Origin: an uncultured Eubacteriales bacterium
GTDB taxonomy: Bacteria; Bacillota; Clostridia; Christensenellales; Aristaeellaceae
DNA: 64,000 nucleotides
Assembly: GCA_902765305.1 (NCBI GenBank)
Contig: CACWZI010000014.1
Coordinates: 886 to 64,885, forward strand
Direction: 5' to 3'
In this document: positions 18,322 to 27,408 of the stretch, piece after piece
Layout of the letters: each line of letters opens with the position of its first letter
How positions within the stretch are numbered: the stretch's first letter is position 1
Program-made: the position numbers and the translations under genes
Notes under the pieces: model-generated
Databases searched by the model: none
What the model saw: only the letters and a program-made list of their open reading frames with translations
What the model was told of the DNA's origin: nothing

Positions 18322-21039
18322 TTATTGGTCTTCCGCTTCCTGCATGATCCCGGCGAGGTCGGGGGAATGCGCCTCGTCCAACACCGTCACCTTCTCCAGG
18401 CCGTCGGCGCGGATGGTGTTGACCTTGCCGGGCTTGATCTCGTAGAAGAACATGTGCTGCAGCCAGGCAAAGCTGTTCAGCTTGTTCTTGATGTCGACCA
18501 GCATGTTGCGCACCGCTTCGAGGGTGAGGGGCTCTATCTCCTCCGGCGCCTCGGTTTTCCCGGTATCGAGGCCCTCAGTGAAGCCGTTCAGCATATCCAT
18601 CAGGCCGCTCAGCTCGTCCGGCATCTCGTCGCTGAGGTCATCCCCGGATTGATCCAGGATTTTCTCGCTGGCATCCATTTTTTCAACGAGGGCGCTGACC
18701 ACGCTGCCCAGGTCGATCCAGCGGCCGAAGTAAACGGCCAGGCCGGAGGTCTTCAGCTGCATGGAATTGGGCTTGAACTCCAGGCGCACCAGCACCGGGA
18801 CGGTCAGGCCGGGGCGGCAGACCATGCGCACCGTGCGGCCGTCCTGTCCGGCAGTGCCCAGGCCCGAGAAGATCATGTCGCCGAAGTACTTCCTGATCCA
18901 CTTCATCGGTTCGGAATCGGCGATGGAACCCATGGCAGGGGGCTCGGATTCGCCCTCGGCCCCATCATCCACAAGCGCCTCAGCGCCCTCTGAAGCCTCC
19001 GCGTCCTCGGCAATCTCCGCCTCGAAGAATCGGTTGATCGCGTCGTTGATGACCTTCATCAGGTCATCGCCGTTCATCGCCTCTTCGGGGGCGATGGCCA
19101 TGGTCAGCTCGTCCAGCGCCGTCTCGTAGCCGGGCGCGCCGTCGATGATGTCGATGGCCCGCTGGAACAGGCCGTTCAGGTTCACGCTGAAGATGCCTAG
19201 CGCCCAGTTGCCGTCGGTGAACTGCTCGGTATCGGGCAGGGTGATCGTCAGCAGCGCCCGGTCGTCGTCAAAGGTCTCGGGCATCTCACCGTTGCGGATG
19301 CGGGTGACGTCGATGGCCGCCATCAGCGCGTTTTCATAGCTGTCCAGGCCCAGGTTCTTCAGCACCCAGGGCAGCAGGTCCGCCAGCTGGGGATAGTCGG
19401 TGCCGGGCACCATCGTGCAATCCACCGCGAACCAGTAGGCCCTGGCCTCCTCCGGCGTCATGCCGCCCTTCGTGCACAGCTGCCACGCCAGGTAGTTCAG
19501 CAGCGAGGAATTGCCGTGCACGCCGCCGCGGTCGTTCAGCTCGGTGGGGTCGCGTACCTCGGGCACGTAGTGCAGATCCCAGGTGTACTCGGGCTGCTGG
19601 TAGCGATGAGGGTCGCTCATGCTGCGGATGGCATCGCCGATGTCCTCGCCGAGCAGCCAGTCCGCGTCCTCCGCCTCGCCCTCGTCCACATACATGCCGT
19701 CGCAGAGGTTGCCCTGGATGTCGCTCATGGCCTCGTTGATGGCGCCGTAATCGTTCATGTAGGCGTTGTAGGTCATCACCGAATGGGTCACGCAATGGGT
19801 AAACTCGTGCGCCAGCACGTCCAGGCACTGCGAGTAGTCGTTGACGCTGCTGGACAGGAACAGCTGCCAGCCGTAGTACTTGCCCGCGTAGGCGGCATTG
19901 TCGATGGGCTTGTGGTCCTTGTCGCAGAAGTCCTTCAGGATCAGTATGGGCGTCTCAAGGCCGTCGCCGCCCTTCCAGCCAATGGCCTCGTAGTAGTCCC
20001 AGGCGCGGCAGTAGTTGTACAGCGCCAGCAGACTGCTCTCGTCCCAGTCTTCGTTGTCCTTCGAGGCTTCCAGCACCACCCTGCCCTTGTCGTACAGGAA
20101 GCTCCAGCAATCGGCCACGGCGATGCGCCGCTTGAGGTTGCCCAGGTAGGTCATGCCGGTGCGGCTGTCGCGCATCAGCTCAAGGCTGATTTCCCGCTGG
20201 GTGCCGTCCACGAGGGTCACCGTGCCGGTGTAGTCCACCGGCTCCATGAATTCGAACACATAGGCGGCATTGTAGCCGGAAGCGCCGGCCTCGTCGCCGG
20301 GGATGACCGTGGGCAGGCTGTACAGGTACTGGCCGCTCAGGTCCACGTAGTGAGCCAGGTAGGGCAGCTCCGAGCCGGAGGTGAGGCTGGCCGAGGGCGC
20401 GTCGGTGTATACCACCCATACGAAGCGGCTCTCCTCCTTCTCCTCCTCGGACTCCATGTCGATCTCCAGGTTTACGGGCAGCACCACCTTGGCGGTGTGG
20501 CCCTCCAGCACGTTGGGCGCCTGGCCCTGCGCCGCTTCCACATGTTCAGTCACCAGCGCCTCGGCTTCGGCAGCGGTGATGCCCTGGGCGTTTTCCGTTT
20601 CGGGCAGCTGGGTTTCCACGCTGCAAACCAGGCCCAGCATCGCGCCGTCGGCATCGGTGATGACCTTCACCGCGCCGCCGGAGACGGTGACGCCGGCATA
20701 CATCTGCTGGAATACATAGTAGCGGTTGCCGCTGGTATCGGTGAGGGTCCGCCAGGGCTCGAAGCCGGTGCGGTCGTCGCCGCCCATCAGGGGGATCATG
20801 GCGTTCACCACCTCTGTGGCGGCATTCATGTCGTTCACGGGGCCGTCCGTGCAGGTGCCGTCCACAAAGATCACCCGCCCGTCCCGGGTCATCACCCTGG
20901 CCGACCCGCCATTCAGCCGGTCGAGGTCGTCGAGGGTCAGCGGGACCGCCGTCGGCAGTGTCTCAGCCAGCGAAGCCACCGTGCCCAGCGCCAGGATCAA
21001 TGCCAGCAGCACTGCCAGCACGCGCTTGATCTTCTTCAT
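18322..21039 (-). CDS. Secreted M4 (thermolysin-family) zinc metalloprotease with a long C-terminal extension
   Basis: Signal peptide MKKIKRVLAVLLALILALGTVASLAE. Zinc motif VLAHEFTHCVTH followed by GAINEAMSDI, and DRGGVHGNSSLLN. About 340 aa after the catalytic domain carry no recognisable motif. RBS AAGGAG. Confidence 0.8.
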   Translation of the reverse strand: MKKIKRVLAVLLALILALGTVASLAETLPTAVPLTLDDLDRLNGGSARVMTRDGRVIFVDGTCTDGPVNDMNAATEVVNAMIPLMGGDDRTGFEPWRTLTDTSGNRYYVFQQMYAGVTVSGGAVKVITDADGAMLGLVCSVETQLPETENAQGITAAEAEALVTEHVEAAQGQAPNVLEGHTAKVVLPVNLEIDMESEEEKEESRFVWVVYTDAPSASLTSGSELPYLAHYVDLSGQYLYSLPTVIPGDEAGASGYNAAYVFEFMEPVDYTGTVTLVDGTQREISLELMRDSRTGMTYLGNLKRRIAVADCWSFLYDKGRVVLEASKDNEDWDESSLLALYNYCRAWDYYEAIGWKGGDGLETPILILKDFCDKDHKPIDNAAYAGKYYGWQLFLSSSVNDYSQCLDVLAHEFTHCVTHSVMTYNAYMNDYGAINEAMSDIQGNLCDGMYVDEGEAEDADWLLGEDIGDAIRSMSDPHRYQQPEYTWDLHYVPEVRDPTELNDRGGVHGNSSLLNYLAWQLCTKGGMTPEEARAYWFAVDCTMVPGTDYPQLADLLPWVLKNLGLDSYENALMAAIDVTRIRNGEMPETFDDDRALLTITLPDTEQFTDGNWALGIFSVNLNGLFQRAIDIIDGAPGYETALDELTMAIAPEEAMNGDDLMKVINDAINRFFEAEIAEDAEASEGAEALVDDGAEGESEPPAMGSIADSEPMKWIRKYFGDMIFSGLGTAGQDGRTVRMVCRPGLTVPVLVRLEFKPNSMQLKTSGLAVYFGRWIDLGSVVSALVEKMDASEKILDQSGDDLSDEMPDELSGLMDMLNGFTEGLDTGKTEAPEEIEPLTLEAVRNMLVDIKNKLNSFAWLQHMFFYEIKPGKVNTIRADGLEKVTVLDEAHSPDLAGIMQEAEDQ

Positions 21040-21315
21040 AAGGCAATTCTCCTTTCGTTTGCATGTCGCTCTCGATCATACGTTTTGATAACACGCTTTT
21101 GCTCAGGTTTGTTCTCGCCTGCATACCATTCGAAGCGAGCCGTAGGCCGAGCGGGAACATCCTCCCCTCAACCCGCGTGAGAAGTATAGCGTCTGGAGCG
21201 TCACAGATGCGTCACTCTGCCCAGACCAGGACCATGATATACTTATACTGAATATATTTTACCATACATTTTGCGCTTTCGTGCTATGATTGGGTTGTTT
21301 TTCGTTTGAAGCACA

Positions 21316-21358
21316 GAAAATCTGATTTATCGAGTTTTGCTCGATAAATCAGAATTTC
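21316..21358. repeat. Second copy of the TCTGATTT-hairpin element seen at 788-824
   Basis: gaaaatctgatttatcgag-ttttg-ctcgataaatcagaatttc. It shares TCTGATTTnTCG / CGAnAAATCAGAATTT with the copy at 788-824, with a compensatory stem change (G:C there, A:T here). Confidence 0.55.
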
Positions 21359-21479
21359 CCAACATTCCCCCAAAAACCCCATCTTCCCTGTTGAACATTC
21401 CGATCTTTTATGATAATATAATATTTATAGAATTAGGCTGATAAAATCAATGAAATGCCCAGCCGCAAGGAGGCGTACC

Positions 21480-24071
21480 ATGTCCGATTCGCATATGCAG
21501 ATCACCCCGCCGAAGCGGCGCACCGTATTGGTGGTCGATGACGAGCAGATCAACCGGGAACTGCTCGGCACACTGCTGGAGGACGACTATCGCGTGCTCT
21601 ACGCATCCAACGGTCAGGAGGCGCTGGCACTGGCAAAGAAACGGGCCGAGGACATCTCGCTGATCCTGCTGGACCTGATCATGCCGGTGATGTCCGGCAT
21701 GGTGGTGTTGCGGCTGCTGAAGGAATCCCCCGAATTGGCGCGGATTCCCGTGATCGTGGTGACCTCTGACCACGACGCGGAGGTGGCCAGCCTGGAGCTG
21801 GGGGCGTTCGACTTCATCCCCAAGCCCTATCCCATGCGCAGCGTGATACTGGCCAGGGTCCGCCGCATCATCGAGCTTTCCGAGGACCGGCAGATCATCC
21901 GCTCCACCGAGCGCGACCCGCTGACCGGGCTGTTCAACCGGGAATACTTTTATAATTACATCACCAGCTTTGACCAGCACCACAAGGGCACGGCCATGGA
22001 CGCGGTCGTGGTGGACATCAACCGCTTCCACATCATCAACGAGCGCTACGGCAGGGCCTATGCCGACCAGCTGCTGCGCCGCATCGGCGAGCACCTGCGG
22101 GCGCTGGCCCAGGAGTCCGGAGGCATGGCCTGCCGCCGGGAGGCGGACACCTTCCTGGTCTACCGCCCCCACGGCGGGGACTGCGAGGCAATGTTTGAAA
22201 AGCTGTCCACCGCCATCAACGACGACGGGGATACCGCCAACCGCGCGCGCCTGCGCATGGGCATCTATCCCAATGTTGACAAGTCCGTCGAGATCGAGCA
22301 GCGCTTCGACCGGGCCTGCGTCGCCGCCGACAGCATCCGCGGCAACTACACCCAGAGCATCGCCATCTACGACGACAAGCTGCACGAGGCCGAGCTGTTC
22401 GCCGAGCAGCTGACGGAGGAATTCGACCAGGCCATCCGCGAGGGCCAGTTCAAGGTCTTCTACCAGCCGAAGTACGACATCCGCCCGGACGCGCCCATAC
22501 TGGCCAGCGCCGAGGCCCTGATCCGCTGGCAGCATCCCCGGCTGGGGCTGGTCAGCCCCGGCGTGTTCATCCCGCTGTTCGAGGAAAACGGCATGATCCA
22601 GCGGCTGGACCACTACGTCTGGGGCCAGGCCGCCGCCCAGGTGCGGGATTGGAAGAATCGCTTCGGGCTTTCCATCCCCGTGTCGGTAAACGTCTCCCGG
22701 GTGGACATGTTCGACCCCGAGATCGCCCAGACCTTCAAGACGCTGCTGAAGGCCAACGGTCTGGCCCCGGAGGAGCTGATCCCCGAGATCACCGAGTCGG
22801 CCTACACCGACAACGAATCCCTGATCATCTCCACGGTGCAGGGCCTGCGGACGATGGGCCTGAGGGTGGAGATGGACGACTTCGGCACCGGCTATTCCTC
22901 GCTGGGCATGATCTCCCGCCTGCCGCTGGACGCCCTGAAGCTGGACATGACCTTCGTGCGCAACGCCTTCTCCGGCAGCGGCGACACGCGGATGATCGAG
23001 CTGATCATCGACATCGCCGAATACCTGGGCGTGCCGACGATCGCCGAGGGCGTGGAAACCCGGGAGCAGGTGGAGGCGCTGAAGGTGATGGGCTGCGACT
23101 ACGTGCAGGGCTATTACTTCTCGAAGCCCGTGCCGCCGGAGGAATTCGAACGCTTCATCGAAGAAAAAGCGCTGCTGTTGAAGGGCGATCCCGAGGCGGG
23201 CGTGCAGGCCCAGCCCTGGCTGGCGGACCCGGCCCCGATGATGCGCGCCGGGAACCGGCTGACCTATGCCCGCCTGGCCCAGGCGCTGGCTGCCGACTAT
23301 TTCAGCATCTACTACGTGGACACCCGCACGGACCGCTTCACCGAGTTCACCTCCCACAGCGACTATGCGGGGCTGGGCATCGAGAAGGAGGGCGAGGACT
23401 TCTTCAACCTCAGCCGCAGGAACATACTGCGGGTGGTGTACCCCGACGACCAGCGCAAGATCCTCGACGGCTTCACGAAGGAGAACGTGCTGCGCACGAT
23501 CAGGGAGAGCGGCGCGTTCACCCTCACCTACCGGCTGGTGCTGGACGGCGAGCCCATCTACGTCAGCCTGAAGGCCACGGCCCTGGGCAGCAGCGACAGC
23601 AGCATCGTGGTGGGCATCAACAACATCGACAGCCAGATGAAGCGCCAGGAGGCGCTGGAGCAGGCCCACGAGGCGCACCTGACCTTCGCCCGCATCGCCC
23701 AGGCGCTGTCCCAGGACTACTACAGCTTCTACGTGGTGAACACCGAGACCGACGAGTTCGTGGAATACAGCTCCAGCGATGAATACCAGCAGCTGCACAT
23801 CGAGCAGAACGGCGTGAACTTCTTCGAGGACTGCCGCCGCAACGTGATCCGCCTGGTGCACCCGGACGACCTGAAGCTGGCGCTGCAGGCCTGGGAGAAG
23901 GACCGCCTGCTGGCGGAGCTGAAGGACGGCCGGACCTTCAACATTACCTACCGGCTGATGTTCGACGGCGCCTCCTCATGGATCCACTGCAAGGTCATCC
24001 GCATGCGCGGCGACGACGCCCGCTTCATCGTCATCGGCATCAGGAACGTGGACGAGGAGAAGAAGGGGTAA
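21480..24071 (+). CDS. Response-regulator receiver, degenerate GGDEF, EAL phosphodiesterase and two C-terminal PAS-like repeats
   Basis: REC: VLVVDDEQINRELL...LILLDLIMPVMSG. GGDEF region DPLTGLFNREYF, but the signature reads RREADTF instead of GGDEF. EAL: EALIRWQHP and DDFGTGYSSL. Duplicated modules LAQALAADYFSIYYVDTRTDRFTEFTS and IAQALSQDYYSFYVVNTETDEFVEYSS. RBS AAGGAGG lies before the ATG at 21480. Confidence 0.8.
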   Translation: MSDSHMQITPPKRRTVLVVDDEQINRELLGTLLEDDYRVLYASNGQEALALAKKRAEDISLILLDLIMPVMSGMVVLRLLKESPELARIPVIVVTSDHDAEVASLELGAFDFIPKPYPMRSVILARVRRIIELSEDRQIIRSTERDPLTGLFNREYFYNYITSFDQHHKGTAMDAVVVDINRFHIINERYGRAYADQLLRRIGEHLRALAQESGGMACRREADTFLVYRPHGGDCEAMFEKLSTAINDDGDTANRARLRMGIYPNVDKSVEIEQRFDRACVAADSIRGNYTQSIAIYDDKLHEAELFAEQLTEEFDQAIREGQFKVFYQPKYDIRPDAPILASAEALIRWQHPRLGLVSPGVFIPLFEENGMIQRLDHYVWGQAAAQVRDWKNRFGLSIPVSVNVSRVDMFDPEIAQTFKTLLKANGLAPEELIPEITESAYTDNESLIISTVQGLRTMGLRVEMDDFGTGYSSLGMISRLPLDALKLDMTFVRNAFSGSGDTRMIELIIDIAEYLGVPTIAEGVETREQVEALKVMGCDYVQGYYFSKPVPPEEFERFIEEKALLLKGDPEAGVQAQPWLADPAPMMRAGNRLTYARLAQALAADYFSIYYVDTRTDRFTEFTSHSDYAGLGIEKEGEDFFNLSRRNILRVVYPDDQRKILDGFTKENVLRTIRESGAFTLTYRLVLDGEPIYVSLKATALGSSDSSIVVGINNIDSQMKRQEALEQAHEAHLTFARIAQALSQDYYSFYVVNTETDEFVEYSSSDEYQQLHIEQNGVNFFEDCRRNVIRLVHPDDLKLALQAWEKDRLLAELKDGRTFNITYRLMFDGASSWIHCKVIRMRGDDARFIVIGIRNVDEEKKG

Positions 24072-24084
24072 TTCAATAACATTT

Positions 24085-24147
24085 GTTGCCTTGAATATAC
24101 TGACAGGGGCGCTCGGAGAGCGCCCCTGTCAGTATATTCAAGGCAAC
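24085..24147. terminator. Perfect 30-bp-stem palindrome between convergent genes (possible bidirectional terminator)
   Basis: Positions 24085-24114 pair perfectly with 24118-24147 around a 3-nt loop (gttgccttgaatatactgacaggggcgctc gga gagcgcccctgtcagtatattcaaggcaac). No clear U tract on either side. Confidence 0.45.
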
Positions 24148-24201
24148 AGTTTCAACAATATAAACCGAACGGCCTCTTCTCCGACCTTTTCGCCGTCCGC
24201 C

Positions 24202-25014
24202 TCACGCAAGCAGCATACGGTCGTTGTCCAGCTTTTTGCCGCTCGCCTCCCGGAACTTCTCCAGCAGGTCCTCTACGGTCAACGAGGCCCGCTCCTCCCC
24301 GGTGGTATCGAACACGATGTGCCCCGCGTCCATCATGATGGTACGGCTGCCAAGGTCCAGGGCCGATTGCATATTGTGGGTGATCATCAGGCAGGTGAGG
24401 TTGTTTTCGGCGACGATCTTCGTGGTCAGGGCCAGGACCTTTTCCGCCGTGCCGGGGTCGAGGGCGGCGGTGTGCTCGTCCAGCAATAGCAGCTTCGGCA
24501 TGCTCAGCGTGGCCATCATCAGCGTCAGCGCCTGCCGTTGGCCGCCGGAGAGCAGGCCCACGGGCTGTTTCATCCTGTCCTCGAGTCCCATGTCCAGCAG
24601 CGCCAGGCGGTCGCGGAAGGCCTGCTTTTCCTTTTTCCCGGCGGTACTCAGCCATCCCCCCTGCCCCGCTGCGAGCACCAGGTTCTCCTCGATGCTCATG
24701 CCGGGCGCGCTGCCGCGCATGGGATCCTGGAACAGCCTGCCGATAACCTTGGCGCGCCTGTGCTCGGGCATCATGGTCACGTCGTCGCCGTCCAGCACGA
24801 TACAGCCCCGATCCACATAAAAGCTGCCGCATATGGCGTTGAACAGTGTGGATTTGCCTGCGCCGTTCGCGCCGATGATCGAGATAAATTCCCCCTTGCG
24901 CACCCGCAGCGTCACGTCATCCAGAGCCACGCGGGCATCCGGCGTGCCTGGGTGGAAGGTCTTGCAGACGTTCAGCAGCTTCAGCATCGTCTTATCGCCG
25001 TTGGTCTGGTTCAT
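24202..25014 (-). CDS. ABC transporter ATP-binding protein (COG1101-type)
   Basis: Walker A GANGAGKST, signature LSGGQRQ, Walker B LLLLDEHTAALD. The ATG at 25014 overlaps the permease stop by 4 nt (ATGA). Confidence 0.85.
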   Translation of the reverse strand: MNQTNGDKTMLKLLNVCKTFHPGTPDARVALDDVTLRVRKGEFISIIGANGAGKSTLFNAICGSFYVDRGCIVLDGDDVTMMPEHRRAKVIGRLFQDPMRGSAPGMSIEENLVLAAGQGGWLSTAGKKEKQAFRDRLALLDMGLEDRMKQPVGLLSGGQRQALTLMMATLSMPKLLLLDEHTAALDPGTAEKVLALTTKIVAENNLTCLMITHNMQSALDLGSRTIMMDAGHIVFDTTGEERASLTVEDLLEKFREASGKKLDNDRMLLA

Positions 25015-25949
25015 CGCTCCGTCCCTGCCTTTCCGAATTTCGCCGCCAGCTGCCGCTTGATCAGCGGAAGCTGCCCCTTCAGGTAGGGCCCGGATATGGC
25101 GATCACCACGATGACGGAGGAGATCAGCTTCAGCATGAACGCCGGAAGGTTGAAGCGCAGCGCGACGGTGTACACCAGCCGGAACACGAACGCGCCGATC
25201 ACCGCGCCCACCGCCCGAAGGGGGATGCTCCTTCGCCCCATGAACACGCCGCCGATCAGCAGCGAGGCCAGCGCCACAGTGACCATGCCCGAGCCGATAT
25301 TGACATCCACCGACTTCTGGCTCTGCGCCAGCAGGCACCCGCTCAGCGCCGTGAAGCTGTTGGAGATGCACAGGCCCACGGTGGTGGTAAACACCGGGTT
25401 GATGGACGAGGAGCGCACCATGTCCGGGTTGTCGCCGGTCGCGCGTATCGCAAGGCCCAGCCGCGTGCGCAGGAACAGGGACAGGAATACGATCACCGCC
25501 GTCACGGCGATCAGGCCGATGATCAGGGAATACTGCGCCCCCAGGGCGGTGTCCTTCAGCGCGTCCTTCAGCATTGAAAAGACCGTGGACGTCTTGTTCA
25601 TGTTCAGCAGCGACGAGCCGCCCATGATCCAGATGTTCACGGAATACAGGCCGGTATTCACGATGATGCCCGCCAGCAGGCTGTTGACCCCCATGCGGGT
25701 TTGCAGCGTAGCGGTGACGAGGCCGGACAGCATGCCCGCGCCCATCGCCGCAGGGATGGACAGCCAGGGGTGCCCGACAATGGCCACCACCGCGCCCACC
25801 GCCGCGCCCAGCGTAAAGCAGCCGTCGGTGGACAGGTCGCAGACGTTCAGCATCGAATAGCTCAGAAACAGCGCCAGAACCGTAAGGGCGTTGAACAGCG
25901 ACAGCTCCAGTGCCGTTTGCCCCAGGCCCAGGATCATCGGTAAGGACAT
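25011..25949 (-). CDS. ABC transporter permease (COG4120-type)
   Basis: 312 aa with about 8-9 hydrophobic segments. Positioned between the binding protein and the ATPase. Confidence 0.75.
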   Translation of the reverse strand: MSLPMILGLGQTALELSLFNALTVLALFLSYSMLNVCDLSTDGCFTLGAAVGAVVAIVGHPWLSIPAAMGAGMLSGLVTATLQTRMGVNSLLAGIIVNTGLYSVNIWIMGGSSLLNMNKTSTVFSMLKDALKDTALGAQYSLIIGLIAVTAVIVFLSLFLRTRLGLAIRATGDNPDMVRSSSINPVFTTTVGLCISNSFTALSGCLLAQSQKSVDVNIGSGMVTVALASLLIGGVFMGRRSIPLRAVGAVIGAFVFRLVYTVALRFNLPAFMLKLISSVIVVIAISGPYLKGQLPLIKRQLAAKFGKAGTER

Positions 25950-26022
25950 GGACTATCTTCTCCCATCGTTTCAGATCGATGAGGAACGGGAGAACAATGT
26001 CTCCCATTCCTCAAACGCATTT

Positions 26023-27027
26023 TCAGAAATTCTCCGCCGTCTCAATCCCCTGTACCTTGGTGCAGTAGGGGCTGAAGGCCTGGGAGATGGCGTCGAAGTC
26101 CAGCCCCAGCGCGGCGCAGGTCTCGGTGTTGATGGTGGCGGTGCCGTTGTCGAAGGTCATGACCGGGGTGGTGGCCGGGTCCGCGCCGTCCAGCAGTATG
26201 GCGGCGATCATGTTGGCGGTCTCCACGCCCAGGTTGGCGTAATCCACGCCGTAGCCCAGGAACGCGCCGTTCAGGGCGAAGGAATCTGCGCCGGTGTAAT
26301 GGGGAATGCCCGCCTCGGCCAGCGTCTCGTAGATGGACAGCTCGGCGGTCATGATGGTGTTGTCGGTGGGCGTGAACAGCGCGTCCACATGATCGGCCAC
26401 GGCCGCCTGCGCCGCCAGCTGCACCTCGCTGACGTTCGTGCCGGTGTACTCCCTGTAGGCGATCCCCTTCTCGTCGAGGAAGGCCTTCGCCTCGGCAATG
26501 GGCGTGGTCGAGGCGTCCTGGCCCACGTCGTACAGCAGGCCCACCGTCTTGGCCTCAGGATTTGCGGCGAAGATCAGGTTCAGCACCGCGGTGGTATCCA
26601 GGTAGTCCGAGGTGCCGGTGATGTTCGCGCCGGGCGCCTCCAGCGAAGCCACCAGCTGCGCGGACAGCGGGTCGGACACGGCGGCGAACACCACCGGAAT
26701 GCCGTTGTCCTCCGTCATGCCCTGCATCTGCATGGCCACGGGGGTAGCGACGCCCACCATCAGATCCACCTGGTCGGCGATGAAGTTTGCGATGATCTGC
26801 TGGATCACGGAATTGTCGGCGTTGCCGTTGTCGTAATTGACCTCGAAGGTCACGCCCTTCTCCTGCCCGATGGCCTCCAGCCGGGCCTGGATGTTCTCGA
26901 CGATCTGGTTCAGCGAAGCGTCGTCCACGTAGTTGCAGATGCCCACCTTGTAGCTCGTTCCCTCGGCCATGGCCGCCATGCCCAGCAGCAGGGCCAGCGC
27001 AACGATTGTGCAAATGATCTTCTTCAT
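26023..27027 (-). CDS. ABC transporter substrate-binding lipoprotein or secreted protein (COG2984 / ABC_sub_bind type)
   Basis: MKKIICTIVALALLLGMAAMAEG signal, followed by YKVGICNYVDDASLNQIV, typical of this family. GGAGG lies 8 nt before the ATG at 27027. Confidence 0.75.
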   Translation of the reverse strand: MKKIICTIVALALLLGMAAMAEGTSYKVGICNYVDDASLNQIVENIQARLEAIGQEKGVTFEVNYDNGNADNSVIQQIIANFIADQVDLMVGVATPVAMQMQGMTEDNGIPVVFAAVSDPLSAQLVASLEAPGANITGTSDYLDTTAVLNLIFAANPEAKTVGLLYDVGQDASTTPIAEAKAFLDEKGIAYREYTGTNVSEVQLAAQAAVADHVDALFTPTDNTIMTAELSIYETLAEAGIPHYTGADSFALNGAFLGYGVDYANLGVETANMIAAILLDGADPATTPVMTFDNGTATINTETCAALGLDFDAISQAFSPYCTKVQGIETAENF

Positions 27028-27071
27028 GATGATGACCTCCTGAAATGTATTCTTCACATTGGCTCGGGGCG

Positions 27072-27346
27072 AAAAAAACACCCCATATCCCGATTGGGAT
27101 ATGAGGCGGAATAGCTTTCCGTGGTGCCACTCATATTGATCTTGCGATCCACTCTGTCCGTACCAACATACGGCGCGGATTGATAACGGGCCCGCATTCC
27201 CGTCCCTTCATACTGGCCTGCGCGTTCCGAAGGGCCCTGAAAAGTCCATTCAGCGCGTCCGTCATGCCGCATTCACACTGTCGTCGGCTCTCTGGAATGA
27301 CCGCATTCGCGCTTACTTCTCTTTTCTACCCGGTTTCTGTGAAGTT
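27072..27346 (-). promoter_or_regulatory. T-box riboswitch leader with UGG (tryptophan) specifier and intrinsic terminator
   Basis: All elements read on the minus strand.
- Stem I: helix gaaaag/cttttc encloses an internal loop with AGUA on the 5' side (within 27308-27326) and GAA-UGG-A on the 3' side (27251-27245, with UGG at 27248-27246).
- AGAGAG box and a distal gugugaa loop are present.
- T-box sequence GAGUGGCACCACGG at about 27119-27132, with a UGGC bulge able to pair with a GCCA 3' end.
- Terminator cctcatatccc-aatc-gggatatgggg plus UGUUUUUUU (27107-27072). Confidence 0.75.
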
Positions 27347-27352
27347 GAACCC

Positions 27353-27381
27353 ATTATAATGCATGTCGTATCGGTTGTCAA
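27353..27381 (-). promoter_or_regulatory. Consensus sigma-A promoter: TTGACA, 17 nt spacer, TATAAT, driving the T-box leader
   Basis: Minus strand: TTGACA at 27381-27376, spacer accgatacgacatgcat (17 nt), TATAAT at 27358-27353. Confidence 0.7.
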
Positions 27382-27408
27382 GCCCCTTTTATTAATTTGG
27401 GGACAGCT

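Noticed and set aside
12045-21180. Long antisense ORFs 12045-13148(-), 13028-14305(-), 15006-16580(+), 16620-18218(+), 19516-21180(+)
   Set aside because: Each lies opposite a gene with recognisable family motifs (DUF624, U32, DUF975/CmpB, metallophosphoesterase, M4 protease). Their translations are His/Arg/Gly/Gln-rich without motifs.
21391-21422. Promoter for the REC-GGDEF-EAL gene (TTGAAC at 21391-21396, with GATAAT or TATAAT candidates at 21412-21422)
   Set aside because: The spacing is 15 or 20 nt depending on the -10 chosen, and neither is convincing. It is left uncalled.
21447-23861. Minus-strand 804-aa ORF
   Set aside because: It is antisense to the REC-GGDEF-EAL gene, which has clear motifs and a strong RBS. 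No motifs are present in the antisense translation.
24202-26007. 601-aa minus-strand ORF spanning the ATPase and permease region
   Set aside because: Only the last 271 aa (from MNQTNGDKTMLKLLNV) are ABC-ATPase sequence. The upstream 330 aa are an out-of-frame read-through across the permease gene, which is encoded in a different frame (25011-25949).
27054-27272. 72-aa minus-strand ORF upstream of the binding-protein gene
   Set aside because: It lies entirely within the T-box leader RNA and has no RBS. It is explained by the riboswitch.
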